From: a virus
Taxonomy: Duplodnaviria; Caudoviricetes
DNA length: 64,000 nucleotides
Direction: 5' to 3' (one strand)
IMG/VR virus record: IMGVR_UViG_3300008262_000055
Shown here: piece by piece, positions 7,316-17,061 of the stretch
Numbering within the stretch: position 1 is the first letter of the stretch
How the letters are laid out: the number at the start of each line of letters is the position of its first letter
The notes under the pieces: generated by a model
The model's database searches: none
What the model was told of the DNA's origin: nothing
The model's input: the letters and a program-made list of their open reading frames with translations, nothing else
Position numbers and translations under genes: made by a program

Positions 7316-8315
7316 TTTCTTGTACCTTTTTATCAAATTTGTTCTTATATAAATTTATCCGAATAGCACCTTGTTGTGCTGTTGAGATGGCATCAACTAT
7401 TACAAATAAATTTCCATATTTTCTTACAGCATCAGAACAATCTTTAACATCTGACTCCCAATTAGGAAACGCCACTGACCAATCCCATTTTAACGCATGT
7501 TCAATTAACTTACTGCCTGCCTTGTCTTGGTCAGGAATAACTATTACTTCCTTGCCCATTTTATTGATTAACCTAGCTTGATTTTCTGATATTTCGTTGT
7601 GTAGCAATGCTACTCCGTTTACAGCCATGGCATCAAACGGACCCTCTACTACAAACAAATATCTTTGATCTTGTTTTATAGAATCAAGGTTAAACACAAA
7701 ATTGGGATGTTGATCTGAAAGATATTTAGGTTTACCGTCGCGAACTTTCCTAGCAGTCCAGCCTACAACTCTACCACCATAAGTAAACGGAATGATTACT
7801 CTATCTTTGATATCAATCGGAGTCCAATAGAACCTATCGTCTAACGGATCACAACCTCTGTCTACTAGATAACTAACTACTTCTGCTAGCTGAGTTTCTA
7901 GTTCTGAATCTAACTCTTGGTCAATCCATTCAGCTATGGGCAACGACCCCTCTGGCATATCTTTATTAACAAAGTCTATTAATTCTCTATCTTTGGTATT
8001 ATCTTCAGCCCCGCCTTCGGTCTTTAGTGCTTCAAATACCATCAGATTAATATCATCGTCCGGAGCACCTAACCATATCATTAACTGACGTAGCTTTTGG
8101 CTAATCTGTCTACCAGGTTTCCAACTTGCGGTATACCCGCAATTAAAACAGTTAAAGACTAGGCCTTCAGAAAATTTAGCACCGCCACGTTGTCTTGTAT
8201 CAACACCTTCGCCTCTGTGGTGGCAACAGGGAGAATCGAAACTTATCCAACCGCTAGGGGTCTGTTTCTTTTTATAAGGGAGATGTTTGCGAAAGATGTC
8301 TACGACCAGGGCCAT
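7308..8315 (-). CDS. gp61: DNA primase (T4 gp61 type)
   Basis: Zn ribbon CCHH...CFNC and TOPRIM motifs VVEGPFD and DQDKAG. Confidence 0.92.
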   Translation of the reverse strand: MALVVDIFRKHLPYKKKQTPSGWISFDSPCCHHRGEGVDTRQRGGAKFSEGLVFNCFNCGYTASWKPGRQISQKLRQLMIWLGAPDDDINLMVFEALKTEGGAEDNTKDRELIDFVNKDMPEGSLPIAEWIDQELDSELETQLAEVVSYLVDRGCDPLDDRFYWTPIDIKDRVIIPFTYGGRVVGWTARKVRDGKPKYLSDQHPNFVFNLDSIKQDQRYLFVVEGPFDAMAVNGVALLHNEISENQARLINKMGKEVIVIPDQDKAGSKLIEHALKWDWSVAFPNWESDVKDCSDAVRKYGNLFVIVDAISTAQQGAIRINLYKNKFDKKVQENV

Positions 8316-8321
8316 AGACTT

Positions 8322-8350
8322 ATTATACTATATTTGTGTAGTGCTGTCAA
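8322..8350 (-). promoter_or_regulatory. consensus sigma70 promoter of primase operon
   Basis: TTGACA-17-TATAAT-6-ATG(8315). Confidence 0.85.
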
Positions 8351-8789
8351 CGTCAAAAGCACCATCGATTACATGTAATTGTCCCAAAGCATCATACTGG
8401 CTATCGCCATATAATGGAAAACGATTACCGTCGCCGTCTGTATAGAACATGCTAAACTGATAGTATCCTCTTTCCAAACCTTGTATGTCTGCTTCTGATA
8501 GTAATACGTACATTTTACCTTCGGTTGCAGTTTCTATAGTAACAGCTTTCTGTAACTGTATACCTTTGGTATCTACAGCTATAATATTGAATGTCACGCT
8601 GTCTAGCTCTGTGATATTCTTAGCTTTGTTGTCATTGTTACGGACTTGGAAGTCAAGACGATTATCCACGCCCTTGTAGATTTTCATTGTTCGCTGATAC
8701 ACTTTTCTAAACCTCTCTTTTGTCCAAGAGCCAAGATTAGTATATACGTCCATTCGGTTTGAATATAAATAACACGGATTGAGCTGCAT
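8328..8789 (-). CDS. hypothetical protein, possible BppU-like Ig-fold virion protein
   Basis: 153 aa, beta-rich (LDFQVRN, GYYQFSM), with late motif TAAATA upstream. The fold call is a weak inference. Confidence 0.6.
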   Translation of the reverse strand: MQLNPCYLYSNRMDVYTNLGSWTKERFRKVYQRTMKIYKGVDNRLDFQVRNNDNKAKNITELDSVTFNIIAVDTKGIQLQKAVTIETATEGKMYVLLSEADIQGLERGYYQFSMFYTDGDGNRFPLYGDSQYDALGQLHVIDGAFDVDSTTQI

Positions 8790-8820
8790 ATTCAGTGGCC
8801 CTATAATTAAGTATTTATCG

Positions 8821-9195
8821 ATGAGAATAAGTCAAAACTTACAAGAAAATTTTCCGTTCATTAGCGTAATAACCTATGTGGACAAAGAATATGTGGGAAT
8901 TATAATAAATCAAGATGCTGCTATCACTAGTATCTATGATTATAGCTCTTTGCGTACAGAAGCAGAAAAAACCAAATTTTTAGAGTTAGGTGAAATATGG
9001 TGGTGGGAATCAAATAGACAGATTCCTATTAGTATATTCTTAGCTAAAGAAATGCTGGTATTTAGATATATTATTAGGAACTTTAGTACCAAAGACGTTA
9101 AGGTAATGTTTGGTCCTGTAACTAGTCTTAATGATATAATGACTAAACGTGTAAAGAGAAAATCTATTACACTGATTAGAAAACCGCCAAAATAA
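8821..9195 (+). CDS. conserved hypothetical protein (WWWESNR motif)
   Basis: ORF 8779..9195 with likely start ATG 8821 after TAAGTA. Confidence 0.75.
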   Translation: MRISQNLQENFPFISVITYVDKEYVGIIINQDAAITSIYDYSSLRTEAEKTKFLELGEIWWWESNRQIPISIFLAKEMLVFRYIIRNFSTKDVKVMFGPVTSLNDIMTKRVKRKSITLIRKPPK

Positions 9196-9774
9196 TCAAC
9201 TATACTCGTAGCTGATACCTTCGCAAATTAAATTCATCTGTACCACAATAGCTGCCGCATAGGCTGTAGCATGACTTTTTTTAAAATAATACTCGTCGTT
9301 ATCTGGTTTCGTCCATACTTCCGTCATCACCGTAGTCCAATCTTTCCCAATCAGATAACGTTTCGCCGGGCGAATCATTGCTAGCACTGCTGCCAATTCT
9401 TCTATAGACTTTGGCTTGCTTTGTCTCAGAATAGACCCATGCCCATTCACATGGAACAGGAGTTGGGTAAAGTCGTCTTGCTCGAGTAGGTCCCATAGTG
9501 GTTCAGTCTCCATTAATTGTTTGAGATGCTCTTCATCTCGTACATTTTTGTAAACTCCAACATTCAAAAAATCTATCTTAAAATAATCTTTTTCTTCTGC
9601 GGTATTATGATCCACAGAGCAAATATTTTGTACTGCGTCTACAGGCACAGAATGTAGATACACTCCTGTATTATGGGGAACTAACGACCCCCTTTCCACT
9701 CTACTAGCTTTGATGTGTTTGATTACACCTAAGGCTTTATTGCGGTCTTCAAAGTCAATATCTATATCTGGCAT
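9196..9774 (-). CDS. dnaE: minimal DNA polymerase III alpha (DnaE)-like protein
   Basis: MPDIDIDF, HNTGVY, KIDFLNV and FKKSHATAYA match DnaE PDIDxDF, HAAGVV, KxDFLGL and FNKSHAAAY. Only 192 aa. Confidence 0.8.
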   Translation of the reverse strand: MPDIDIDFEDRNKALGVIKHIKASRVERGSLVPHNTGVYLHSVPVDAVQNICSVDHNTAEEKDYFKIDFLNVGVYKNVRDEEHLKQLMETEPLWDLLEQDDFTQLLFHVNGHGSILRQSKPKSIEELAAVLAMIRPAKRYLIGKDWTTVMTEVWTKPDNDEYYFKKSHATAYAAAIVVQMNLICEGISYEYS

Positions 9775-9986
9775 TATTGTAATCTCGTGCTTTCAAATAA
9801 TAATAATGGTAACGTTGATGCTAAAAATTCTGCGTACTCTTGTGTATCTTCGTCGTCATTAAAACCGGAAAATACTACCATGACTTTGTTGCTTTCTTCA
9901 TCGATACGAACTTCAATATCGATATCGTCTCGAGAAAGGTACTCTTCGTTCTCGGCTAATTCTTCTGTGATTTCTTCTTTTTTCAT
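9774..9986 (-). CDS. small acidic hypothetical protein
   Basis: 70-aa ORF tiling within the operon. Confidence 0.7.
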   Translation of the reverse strand: MKKEEITEELAENEEYLSRDDIDIEVRIDEESNKVMVVFSGFNDDEDTQEYAEFLASTLPLLLFESTRLQ

Positions 9987-10669
9987 TATGGTATCTTAGC
10001 CTCTTTAATAATTTCTTTTACTAGCTCAAGATCACCGGGCGTTCCTTTAAATCTTCGATTCCAGTGATCCGGATCTAATACTGTTGATATAATTTCGATC
10101 TGCTCGGTATTTAACTTCGTTAACATTTTTCGCCCGCTATTACAGTTAAGAACAATCCAAGGACTAATTAATCCATCTCTAATATGCTGCGTTATTCTGT
10201 TAAGGTTGGCATATAAAAAATAATGTTCCCATTCTGCGTTATTCTCTTCTCCCCAAACTAGCATTGTATTCATAGTTCTTTGTATGGCACCATCTGCTGG
10301 TTCAGCTTTTACTAACTCAACAAGGTATTGATCATACAGTTCGTCTCTACACCAGTGGTCTAATTTTACTCCGCTTTTTATTACCCATTCTATATATTGT
10401 TCTGGGTATATAGGATTAGCGTTAGATAAAAAACTACCAAATTTGATAAAGGCATTGTAGTAAGGACTATCAACAAAGTCTTCAAACGTTTTTTGTTTAG
10501 TGACTCGTTGTGCTATTTGATAAAATTTTTGATAAGCAATTAACGCAGCCTGTACATGTTTTTCGCCCCTACTAAGGTGTCTACGCTTCTTTTCGCAGAC
10601 ATGAACAGCCAGTGTTTTTTCTTTGGTAAATTCTTTACCGCAGTAGCCGCACTTATAACTTGAGGTCAT
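9986..10669 (-). CDS. zinc-finger-containing hypothetical protein
   Basis: N-terminal CGYC...HVC motif. Confidence 0.75.
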   Translation of the reverse strand: MTSSYKCGYCGKEFTKEKTLAVHVCEKKRRHLSRGEKHVQAALIAYQKFYQIAQRVTKQKTFEDFVDSPYYNAFIKFGSFLSNANPIYPEQYIEWVIKSGVKLDHWCRDELYDQYLVELVKAEPADGAIQRTMNTMLVWGEENNAEWEHYFLYANLNRITQHIRDGLISPWIVLNCNSGRKMLTKLNTEQIEIISTVLDPDHWNRRFKGTPGDLELVKEIIKEAKIP

Positions 10670-11126
10670 TTATCTGCTTGTCCGTGTAGCCATGGTCTCT
10701 GGCTAATTGTTTTAGTTGTTTAACGTCTGTCATGCTCGCCAAGATTTGTATGTCATCAATCTTAGCATTAGGATAAATCGTTTGTAAAAACTGACTTTTC
10801 TTTCCACCGTCATCTTTTTTCCTTTTTAACGCCATCCATTCGTGAAAGTGTATCTTTTTAGAATCGTGACTACAAGCACACATTAATTGCCACATCAACT
10901 TAGGATGTTTTGATACTAGATAAAAATTTTTGTTTACAAATTCATTTACTAAGATCAAATAATGTTCTGCTAGATCTTGATTACTTGTTTTTACATTACT
11001 AACATATCTATTCAGTAAAAAGAATCCTACTGATTTTTTTTCTTCATCAGAAAACTCTTCCCAAGATTCTTTTGATCCTAGATCAATTGCTGCCAGTACA
11101 GTTTTGAGTTCTAATTTATCTGCCAT
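10653..11126 (-). CDS. putative clamp-loader small subunit (T4 gp62-like)
   Basis: LLNRYVS, VNEFVN and EWMALKRK resemble gp62-family motifs. Size and replication context fit. Confidence 0.5.
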   Translation of the reverse strand: MADKLELKTVLAAIDLGSKESWEEFSDEEKKSVGFFLLNRYVSNVKTSNQDLAEHYLILVNEFVNKNFYLVSKHPKLMWQLMCACSHDSKKIHFHEWMALKRKKDDGGKKSQFLQTIYPNAKIDDIQILASMTDVKQLKQLARDHGYTDKQINDLKL

Positions 11127-11409
11127 CTTCTTTGCTCAAGTGATATAGTATTTTAACACGTTCGATGGCTTCTTGTAAAGTAGGATTTGTCTTTGCTGCT
11201 CTTCGAATCTCGCCCCAAAGTTTGTCTTCCATTAGGTGATCAAATAATGGTCTGCCATCGCTTGTACGGGGATCAAAATTTGGATTATTTTTATCAAAAG
11301 CCCAACCATGGACTTGCCTAGTACTAGGATCGGCACCAAACTCTCGAGCATATACCGTATTACCATCTCTTTCGTATATGTAAGTTGCTCCTGGTTTAAG
11401 ACTACCCAT
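11116..11409 (-). CDS. hypothetical protein
   Basis: 97-aa ORF overlapping its neighbours. Confidence 0.7.
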   Translation of the reverse strand: MGSLKPGATYIYERDGNTVYAREFGADPSTRQVHGWAFDKNNPNFDPRTSDGRPLFDHLMEDKLWGEIRRAAKTNPTLQEAIERVKILYHLSKEDGR

Positions 11410-11647
11410 TTATATCTCCTTTTATTTGCTTGATAAGAAATTCATGCTTATCAAGCCATCTATTTTCAAACACAGGTTCGCCTGGACCAGTCCACATAGC
11501 TGTAACTCGATATGCTTGTTTTAACCATAGTGATCGATTACTATAATAACATTTTCTAGGCCAAAAAGAAAACAATAATCGTTTTCCTATACAGTGATTC
11601 CAAAATGATACTTCTGTCCAATGCTCGTCCATAAAAGGTATTGGCAT
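11402..11647 (-). CDS. hypothetical protein
   Basis: 81-aa ORF overlapping its neighbours. Confidence 0.6.
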   Translation of the reverse strand: MPIPFMDEHWTEVSFWNHCIGKRLLFSFWPRKCYYSNRSLWLKQAYRVTAMWTGPGEPVFENRWLDKHEFLIKQIKGDING

Positions 11648-12066
11648 TAAAATAATTTGTCTAACTGTAGAACTTCGCTTTGTCTAGATATTTCTTTGAC
11701 AAAAAATACACATGGCGGAGCTTCTCCATCTCTAACTGGTACTGTTAGCAGTTGATTGTTTTTCATTTTAGGAAAATACCATTTAACATCTTGATAGATG
11801 TTGATTATCTCTATAGGTAGATACTCTGGCCTAAACCCGCTTATTGGATTTAAACTAAATGCTTCAAAGCCACGTTCATTAATACTAGTCAACGGAAGCA
11901 CTTCGGGATCAAGACCACACTCTTTGTCTCCAACTACCATACTCCAGTCTAATGGCATCTGTACTTCGTGACCGCCTATTTTCATAACTATAGCAGGTGA
12001 GTTAAATGATTCTAAGAATATTAAAGGAACAAAATAAAAATCTGGATCGCTGGTATTAGAATTACC
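11647..12066 (-). CDS. conserved hypothetical protein downstream of uvsW, apparently 5'-truncated
   Basis: The frame is open and protein-like (NSNTSDPDFYFVPLIFLESFNSPAIV-MKIGG...) upstream of ATG 11985 until TAA at 12067-12069. No start codon is present in that upstream segment. Confidence 0.6.
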   Translation of the reverse strand, partial: GNSNTSDPDFYFVPLIFLESFNSPAIVMKIGGHEVQMPLDWSMVVGDKECGLDPEVLPLTSINERGFEAFSLNPISGFRPEYLPIEIINIYQDVKWYFPKMKNNQLLTVPVRDGEAPPCVFFVKEISRQSEVLQLDKLF

Positions 12067-13511
12067 TTATTAATATTGAAAGGATAGTGAGCATCCTTAT
12101 AAAACTTTTTACGTTCTGTCAAATGCCGTTTGGCATATTTCGTACCACCTGTTACGTCCCAGATTTGTACGAAGTCTTTGTCTTCCGCTTTTCTAATACC
12201 TCGCCCAATGCTTTGTATAACTCGGACAAAGCTCTTTCCGGGTTCCACAAGAACCAAATTAAAAATCCTAGGGATATTAATACCCACAGCGGCCACACCG
12301 TAAGTCGCCACAATAATCTTGTCATCACTTGTTTTAATTTCGTCATAACTTTCTTTCCTATCTTTGGTCTTAACTGATCCGCTAATAAAGTCTATATCAC
12401 CTAATCTTTCTTGTAGCATCTTACCTGTTTCAATGCGATCAATTAAGACCAATGTGTTACCCGAAGCTGAAATACTCTTGATACGTTCTGCCATCCAATC
12501 TATTCTTGTAGCATCTGTGACTAGATATTTTAGTTCTTCAGCATAACTTCTAAATTCTTTAATTTCAACAGTCTGTAATACTTCAACATGGCATTGTGCT
12601 AACACACCTTTGTCTTGTAGCTCATGAGCAGAAATTTTATTAATAACTGGTCCAATACTAGCAAGTATACTTTGGAATTCAAATTTTTCTTTAGGTATAG
12701 TTCCAGTTAGACCCCATCTTACTGGACAACGGGCTAAATCTCTAGTTAATATATTTTTTAGTACTTCGGCCTTTGCTTGATGTACTTCGTCAACAATGAA
12801 TGCTACTACGCCGTCAAGAAAATCAGCTAGGGTCATAGCTTCTGGATCGTCTTTGCTTTTCTTATCCAATACGTTAAGACTTTGCCAGGTACAGATAGTG
12901 TGTGTTTTTCCTAATTCTTTTCTATCACCGTAATAAACCCCAACATCTAATCCAACGTTAATAAAATCTTCTTCTGTTTGTTCTACTAGTGATTTATTAG
13001 GCACAACAATTACACTCCTACCGTATTTTTCACAGCAGTGACTCAACGTAGCTGTGGTAATTGTTTTACCAGCACCTGTAGCAATTTCTTGTAGGCACTG
13101 AGGGTTTTCTAAGAATTTGTTGATAGCATCGTATTGGTAATCTCTTAACAGTATAGGCTTGCCTGCCTGAGGATGCCCTACTGGCCAAGTCTTGCCTTGG
13201 TCTGCCCAATATGTTTCTGTGACCTTTTTAAATTCTAATTGTACTGAATGTCTTAGATCTTCAACTTCGATATCATATCCGTCATTAGTAACGATGTCTA
13301 ATATCTCCGGCAAATGGCACATATAGCCAGTTCCACCAATGCTAAAGAATGCCACTGTGCCGTCCCATCTACCTAATCTATAAGACGGTTGGTATCTAGC
13401 CCATGGAACATCAATTTTAAATTTGTTAGCAAGTTTACGTCGAGTTTCTAGTGAAAGCCCTTCAAATTTTACATTTACTTCGTCACGAATAATTAGTTTA
13501 CAACTCGACAA
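12021..13511 (-). CDS. uvsW: UvsW-like SF2 DNA helicase
   Basis: LRDYQ, ATGAGKT, VDEVH, GLTGT and QSIGRGIR. Confidence 0.93.
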   Translation of the reverse strand: MSSCKLIIRDEVNVKFEGLSLETRRKLANKFKIDVPWARYQPSYRLGRWDGTVAFFSIGGTGYMCHLPEILDIVTNDGYDIEVEDLRHSVQLEFKKVTETYWADQGKTWPVGHPQAGKPILLRDYQYDAINKFLENPQCLQEIATGAGKTITTATLSHCCEKYGRSVIVVPNKSLVEQTEEDFINVGLDVGVYYGDRKELGKTHTICTWQSLNVLDKKSKDDPEAMTLADFLDGVVAFIVDEVHQAKAEVLKNILTRDLARCPVRWGLTGTIPKEKFEFQSILASIGPVINKISAHELQDKGVLAQCHVEVLQTVEIKEFRSYAEELKYLVTDATRIDWMAERIKSISASGNTLVLIDRIETGKMLQERLGDIDFISGSVKTKDRKESYDEIKTSDDKIIVATYGVAAVGINIPRIFNLVLVEPGKSFVRVIQSIGRGIRKAEDKDFVQIWDVTGGTKYAKRHLTERKKFYKDAHYPFNINKVILIPAIQIFILFL

Positions 13512-14697
13512 TTTTATTTTCCTTGTTCATAGAAGGTTTAACATTGCCAACATAAAAGACAGTATGGTGGTGTTTGATAAAGGTGGACGTCTGTTTACTA
13601 GTCGCAGGATAGAGACTATTACTTATCAGTATTTTTGGTGAAAAATTAGGTGAGAACATCCATTTCGGCGGCTTGTGTTGGCAAATGAAAATCTTTCCTG
13701 TAGAGATTGGACCACCAAGACTATTATTTTTTATCCATTGATTAAATTTCTTGCCACCTTCGTCTTCATTACTAAATCTAAAACATACACGTATGGATTT
13801 TTCATCAAAATCTGCCTCTTTAAAAGCAGAGATAAAGGTGTTAACATCTTCAATAAGATTACTGGCACGATCTAAAAACAGTACCATGGGATAGGTGTCT
13901 AACGTCCTAATAAAAGAAAAACATTCACTTAAATTTCGAATCCAGAAATTTGTTTCAGTGGTGGAAAAAAATCTGTCAATACGGCTATTTTTATTAAAAT
14001 TGCCTAATTTATACCCCATGCTACGTGCCAGGAATAAATCTTGTACTGTGTTATTTTTTCGATTAGATTCAAAATAATTTTCAGCAGTTTCCGTATAATT
14101 GATCAGTTCAACCGTATTGTCAACTACTCGAGCCTCTGGCGAAAAATCTTCTTCGTGGCTCCAAATTTCCTCAACTTCTGCTACCAAATTTAAAAAATCT
14201 TCAGTCATTTCAAAACTGTTATTTTTTACAAATTCGTGTAGTTGGATGAGGTTAACATCATGTAACTTGATTTTTTGTACACGTAATTCGTCATCCCAGA
14301 CTGCTGGTATTTTTCCGTTCTTATTGGTAAGTTCTTTGACAAATGCTTCTTTCATAGTGAACGGAAACTTCAAGTGCACGTAAGTGATTCCAGTATCTTC
14401 TTTGACTACAGAAACACTTTTGGTATCGTCTAGAATCCTAAAAGGCTTTTTCCAAGTAGGTTGAGCTAGTGCCGCAGAAATATCATTACCGGTAAGAGCT
14501 TTATAAGAACTTTCGTATTTGTGTAACAATCGTACAAGATAATCTCCCTGTTTTTTGGTTAACTGCTTACCACTAGTAATAGTAGTGTAGAAGCTACTCA
14601 CAGGAGACCAATCAAGTTGAGGGGAAACAATATCCCCTTCTAGGATTTTTTCAGCCACTGCTAAGAAAATGTCTTCGATATAGGTGTTATATGACAT
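13498..14697 (-). CDS. conserved hypothetical protein upstream of uvsW
   Basis: 399-aa ORF with its own sigma70-like promoter. Confidence 0.8.
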   Translation of the reverse strand: MSYNTYIEDIFLAVAEKILEGDIVSPQLDWSPVSSFYTTITSGKQLTKKQGDYLVRLLHKYESSYKALTGNDISAALAQPTWKKPFRILDDTKSVSVVKEDTGITYVHLKFPFTMKEAFVKELTNKNGKIPAVWDDELRVQKIKLHDVNLIQLHEFVKNNSFEMTEDFLNLVAEVEEIWSHEEDFSPEARVVDNTVELINYTETAENYFESNRKNNTVQDLFLARSMGYKLGNFNKNSRIDRFFSTTETNFWIRNLSECFSFIRTLDTYPMVLFLDRASNLIEDVNTFISAFKEADFDEKSIRVCFRFSNEDEGGKKFNQWIKNNSLGGPISTGKIFICQHKPPKWMFSPNFSPKILISNSLYPATSKQTSTFIKHHHTVFYVGNVKPSMNKENKIVEL

Positions 14698-14703
14698 TTT
14701 ATA

Positions 14704-14732
14704 ATAATAACAGGTTCATGATAAAAAATCAA
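14704..14732 (-). promoter_or_regulatory. sigma70-type promoter
   Basis: TTGATT-17-TATTAT-6-ATG(14697). Confidence 0.65.
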
Positions 14733-14768
14733 GTCTTTTGTTACCAATAAATATGTTCGGAGGCTAAT

Positions 14769-15584
14769 ATGAGTAGAAAGTTTGCTGTAGTTACTACATT
14801 CCATGAAGCAGGATATCGAACATACGGTCGCAGGATGATCGAAACGTACATGAAAAATTGGCCGTCTGAGGTTAAATTACACCTATATCCAGAAAAGGTT
14901 AACCCTGTAGTTCCAGATCATTCTAGAATTACATTAACTGACCTAGATACCGGAGTTCCTGACCTAAAAGCATTTAAAGATCAGTGGAGAGGAGTACCTC
15001 ATGCCAATGGGGACATTTCGGGCATACCAAGATTGTCCCATAGAAAAGACAGCCATAAGCCTTTTAAATGGGACGCTGTGAGATTTGCTCACAAAGTCTA
15101 TTCAATTTTTCACTGTGCTGCTAATTGTAATGCCGACGTACTAATATGGATGGACGCAGACATGGTTTGTCATAGCCCTATAACCATAGATAAAATTAAT
15201 AATCTTATTCCCCTCGACCTAGATCTATGTTATCTTGGTAGAGATAACAAATTTTCTGAGTGTGGACTGTATTCGTTAAATCTGCGATCAGAGATGACCA
15301 AAAATTTCCTCAGAGAATTTCAACGCATGTACGACAATGCCGAGGGTGGAATATTTCTTCTAGACGAATGGCACGACAGTTATGTTTTTGACGAAGTGCG
15401 TAAGAGATTTCCTTACCTAAAACAGTTAAATTGGAGTAAGGGTCTAATCAAAGGGGAAGGTCACCCCTTAATTAACTGTGAATGGGGTGCTTACCTTGAT
15501 CATCTCAAAGGTGAACGCAAAGACACAGGTAAAAGTCTAAAAAAAGATCTCCGTGTCTTAAGGAAAGAGTCGTACTGGCAATGA
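14769..15584 (+). CDS. putative GT-A glycosyltransferase
   Basis: DxD motif WMDAD, RFAHKV and HLKG. TAAATA and SD GGAGG upstream. Confidence 0.7.
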   Translation: MSRKFAVVTTFHEAGYRTYGRRMIETYMKNWPSEVKLHLYPEKVNPVVPDHSRITLTDLDTGVPDLKAFKDQWRGVPHANGDISGIPRLSHRKDSHKPFKWDAVRFAHKVYSIFHCAANCNADVLIWMDADMVCHSPITIDKINNLIPLDLDLCYLGRDNKFSECGLYSLNLRSEMTKNFLREFQRMYDNAEGGIFLLDEWHDSYVFDEVRKRFPYLKQLNWSKGLIKGEGHPLINCEWGAYLDHLKGERKDTGKSLKKDLRVLRKESYWQ

Positions 15585-16258
15585 AAAGTTTTGTAATTTT
15601 TCAAAATCAGATAGAAATGAGCGTAAAATTTGCTCAGGAGGCAGTTTCAGCCGCGGCAAAACATGGCATAGATCTTAGAGGATGGGTCGGTAGCGACGGA
15701 CTTAAAGACCAACACAAGTTTGAACAGTACGGTATCAAAAATTTTCTCCAAGACAAGATAGAAAAACTTCCAGGGGTCAAAGGTTGCTTTCTTAGCCACT
15801 ACGAATTATGGAAAAAATGCCTAGATCAAGGTGAAACTTTTTTAATCTGCGAACATGATGGAATTTTTATTAGAAATTTACCAGATGACATTGAAAACAA
15901 TTTTACAGATGTTTTAAATTTAGATCCCTACGATCAGTTTGTTGAAGGCTACGACGAAAAAGTGAAAAAAAGTTTGAATATACCAATAAAATATCATGAA
16001 GTTGAGCCCAGCGACTATGATATGGCCGGGGGTTATCTTAAAGGTGCCTATGGTTACCTTATAAAACCGCAAGGTGCTGAAAAATTAATAAAATTTGCTC
16101 AAGAACAAGGAGCACTACCTACAGACAAACACATAGGCACAGCAGTAGTTGATATAAAAGTCACTAATGTACCAATAGTTAGGCTACACGAGTTTTTTGA
16201 TATGAAAAATCTTAGAAAATTTAGCCTTACAAAAAATTTAGAGAAATTTTCCAAATGA
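15581..16258 (+). CDS. glycosyltransferase family 25-like
   Basis: GCFLSHYELW, ICEHDG, GAYGYLI and PTDKHI. Confidence 0.8.
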   Translation: MKSFVIFQNQIEMSVKFAQEAVSAAAKHGIDLRGWVGSDGLKDQHKFEQYGIKNFLQDKIEKLPGVKGCFLSHYELWKKCLDQGETFLICEHDGIFIRNLPDDIENNFTDVLNLDPYDQFVEGYDEKVKKSLNIPIKYHEVEPSDYDMAGGYLKGAYGYLIKPQGAEKLIKFAQEQGALPTDKHIGTAVVDIKVTNVPIVRLHEFFDMKNLRKFSLTKNLEKFSK

Positions 16259-17058
16259 TAGTTGATGTTTTTCCATTTTTTAATGAATTTGAAATATTAA
16301 ATATCCGATTAAAAATTTTAAATCAGCATGTAGATAAATTTGTTATCGTAGAGCACGATATCGATTTTAACAACCAACCCAAACCCTTTAGATTAGAGTC
16401 TAAAATTGATCATCTAAAGTCAATATACGGAAATAAAATTGATTACATGAAAATACATTCGGATCCAATGCTTGATCATAAATGGGCTCAAGAAATACAT
16501 CAAAAAAATAATATGTCTTGTGCTTTAGATTTATATCCTGACGCATATTTTTTATTTGGGGACTTAGACGAAGTTCCAAATCCTGATTATTTTCAAGAAG
16601 CTATCGAGTTATATCATAAAAGTGGTCCTTGTCTGTTTTCATTACGCTGGTGTATCAGTCGATGGGATATAGTACTAGAAAGAAGATGGCCAGGACCAGT
16701 ATTTGGAAAAAAGTCTGATGTGTTATCAGCAGGTGGCGGTCGTAAATTTATGTGTCCCGGCGGAAGTAAAAGCATGCACTGGAAAAAACCCACTTATCCT
16801 GAAATTTACCCCAGCGGATGGCATTGGAGCTTCTTTGGTGATTCAACAAAGATTGCCGAAAAGCTCGATGCTGTATTAGAAGGAAGTAAAATAAGGAAAA
16901 AAATTAAAGGTGTCAACGAACATAAAATTCTAGGAGCAGGCGAATTGTCTAATTTTTTAAAAAAATACTGCGGAGAAATATTAGAGTCCCCTCCCAATAA
17001 TCTTTATCCAGATAATGTAAAAAATATTTTGTTACAATACAAAGAGTGGTGGAGATAA
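16255..17058 (+). CDS. glycosyltransferase family 17-like (GlcNAc transferase)
   Basis: VFPFFNEFEILNIRL, FGDLDEVP and GWHWSF. Confidence 0.8.
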   Translation: MIVDVFPFFNEFEILNIRLKILNQHVDKFVIVEHDIDFNNQPKPFRLESKIDHLKSIYGNKIDYMKIHSDPMLDHKWAQEIHQKNNMSCALDLYPDAYFLFGDLDEVPNPDYFQEAIELYHKSGPCLFSLRWCISRWDIVLERRWPGPVFGKKSDVLSAGGGRKFMCPGGSKSMHWKKPTYPEIYPSGWHWSFFGDSTKIAEKLDAVLEGSKIRKKIKGVNEHKILGAGELSNFLKKYCGEILESPPNNLYPDNVKNILLQYKEWWR

Positions 17059-17061
17059 TAC

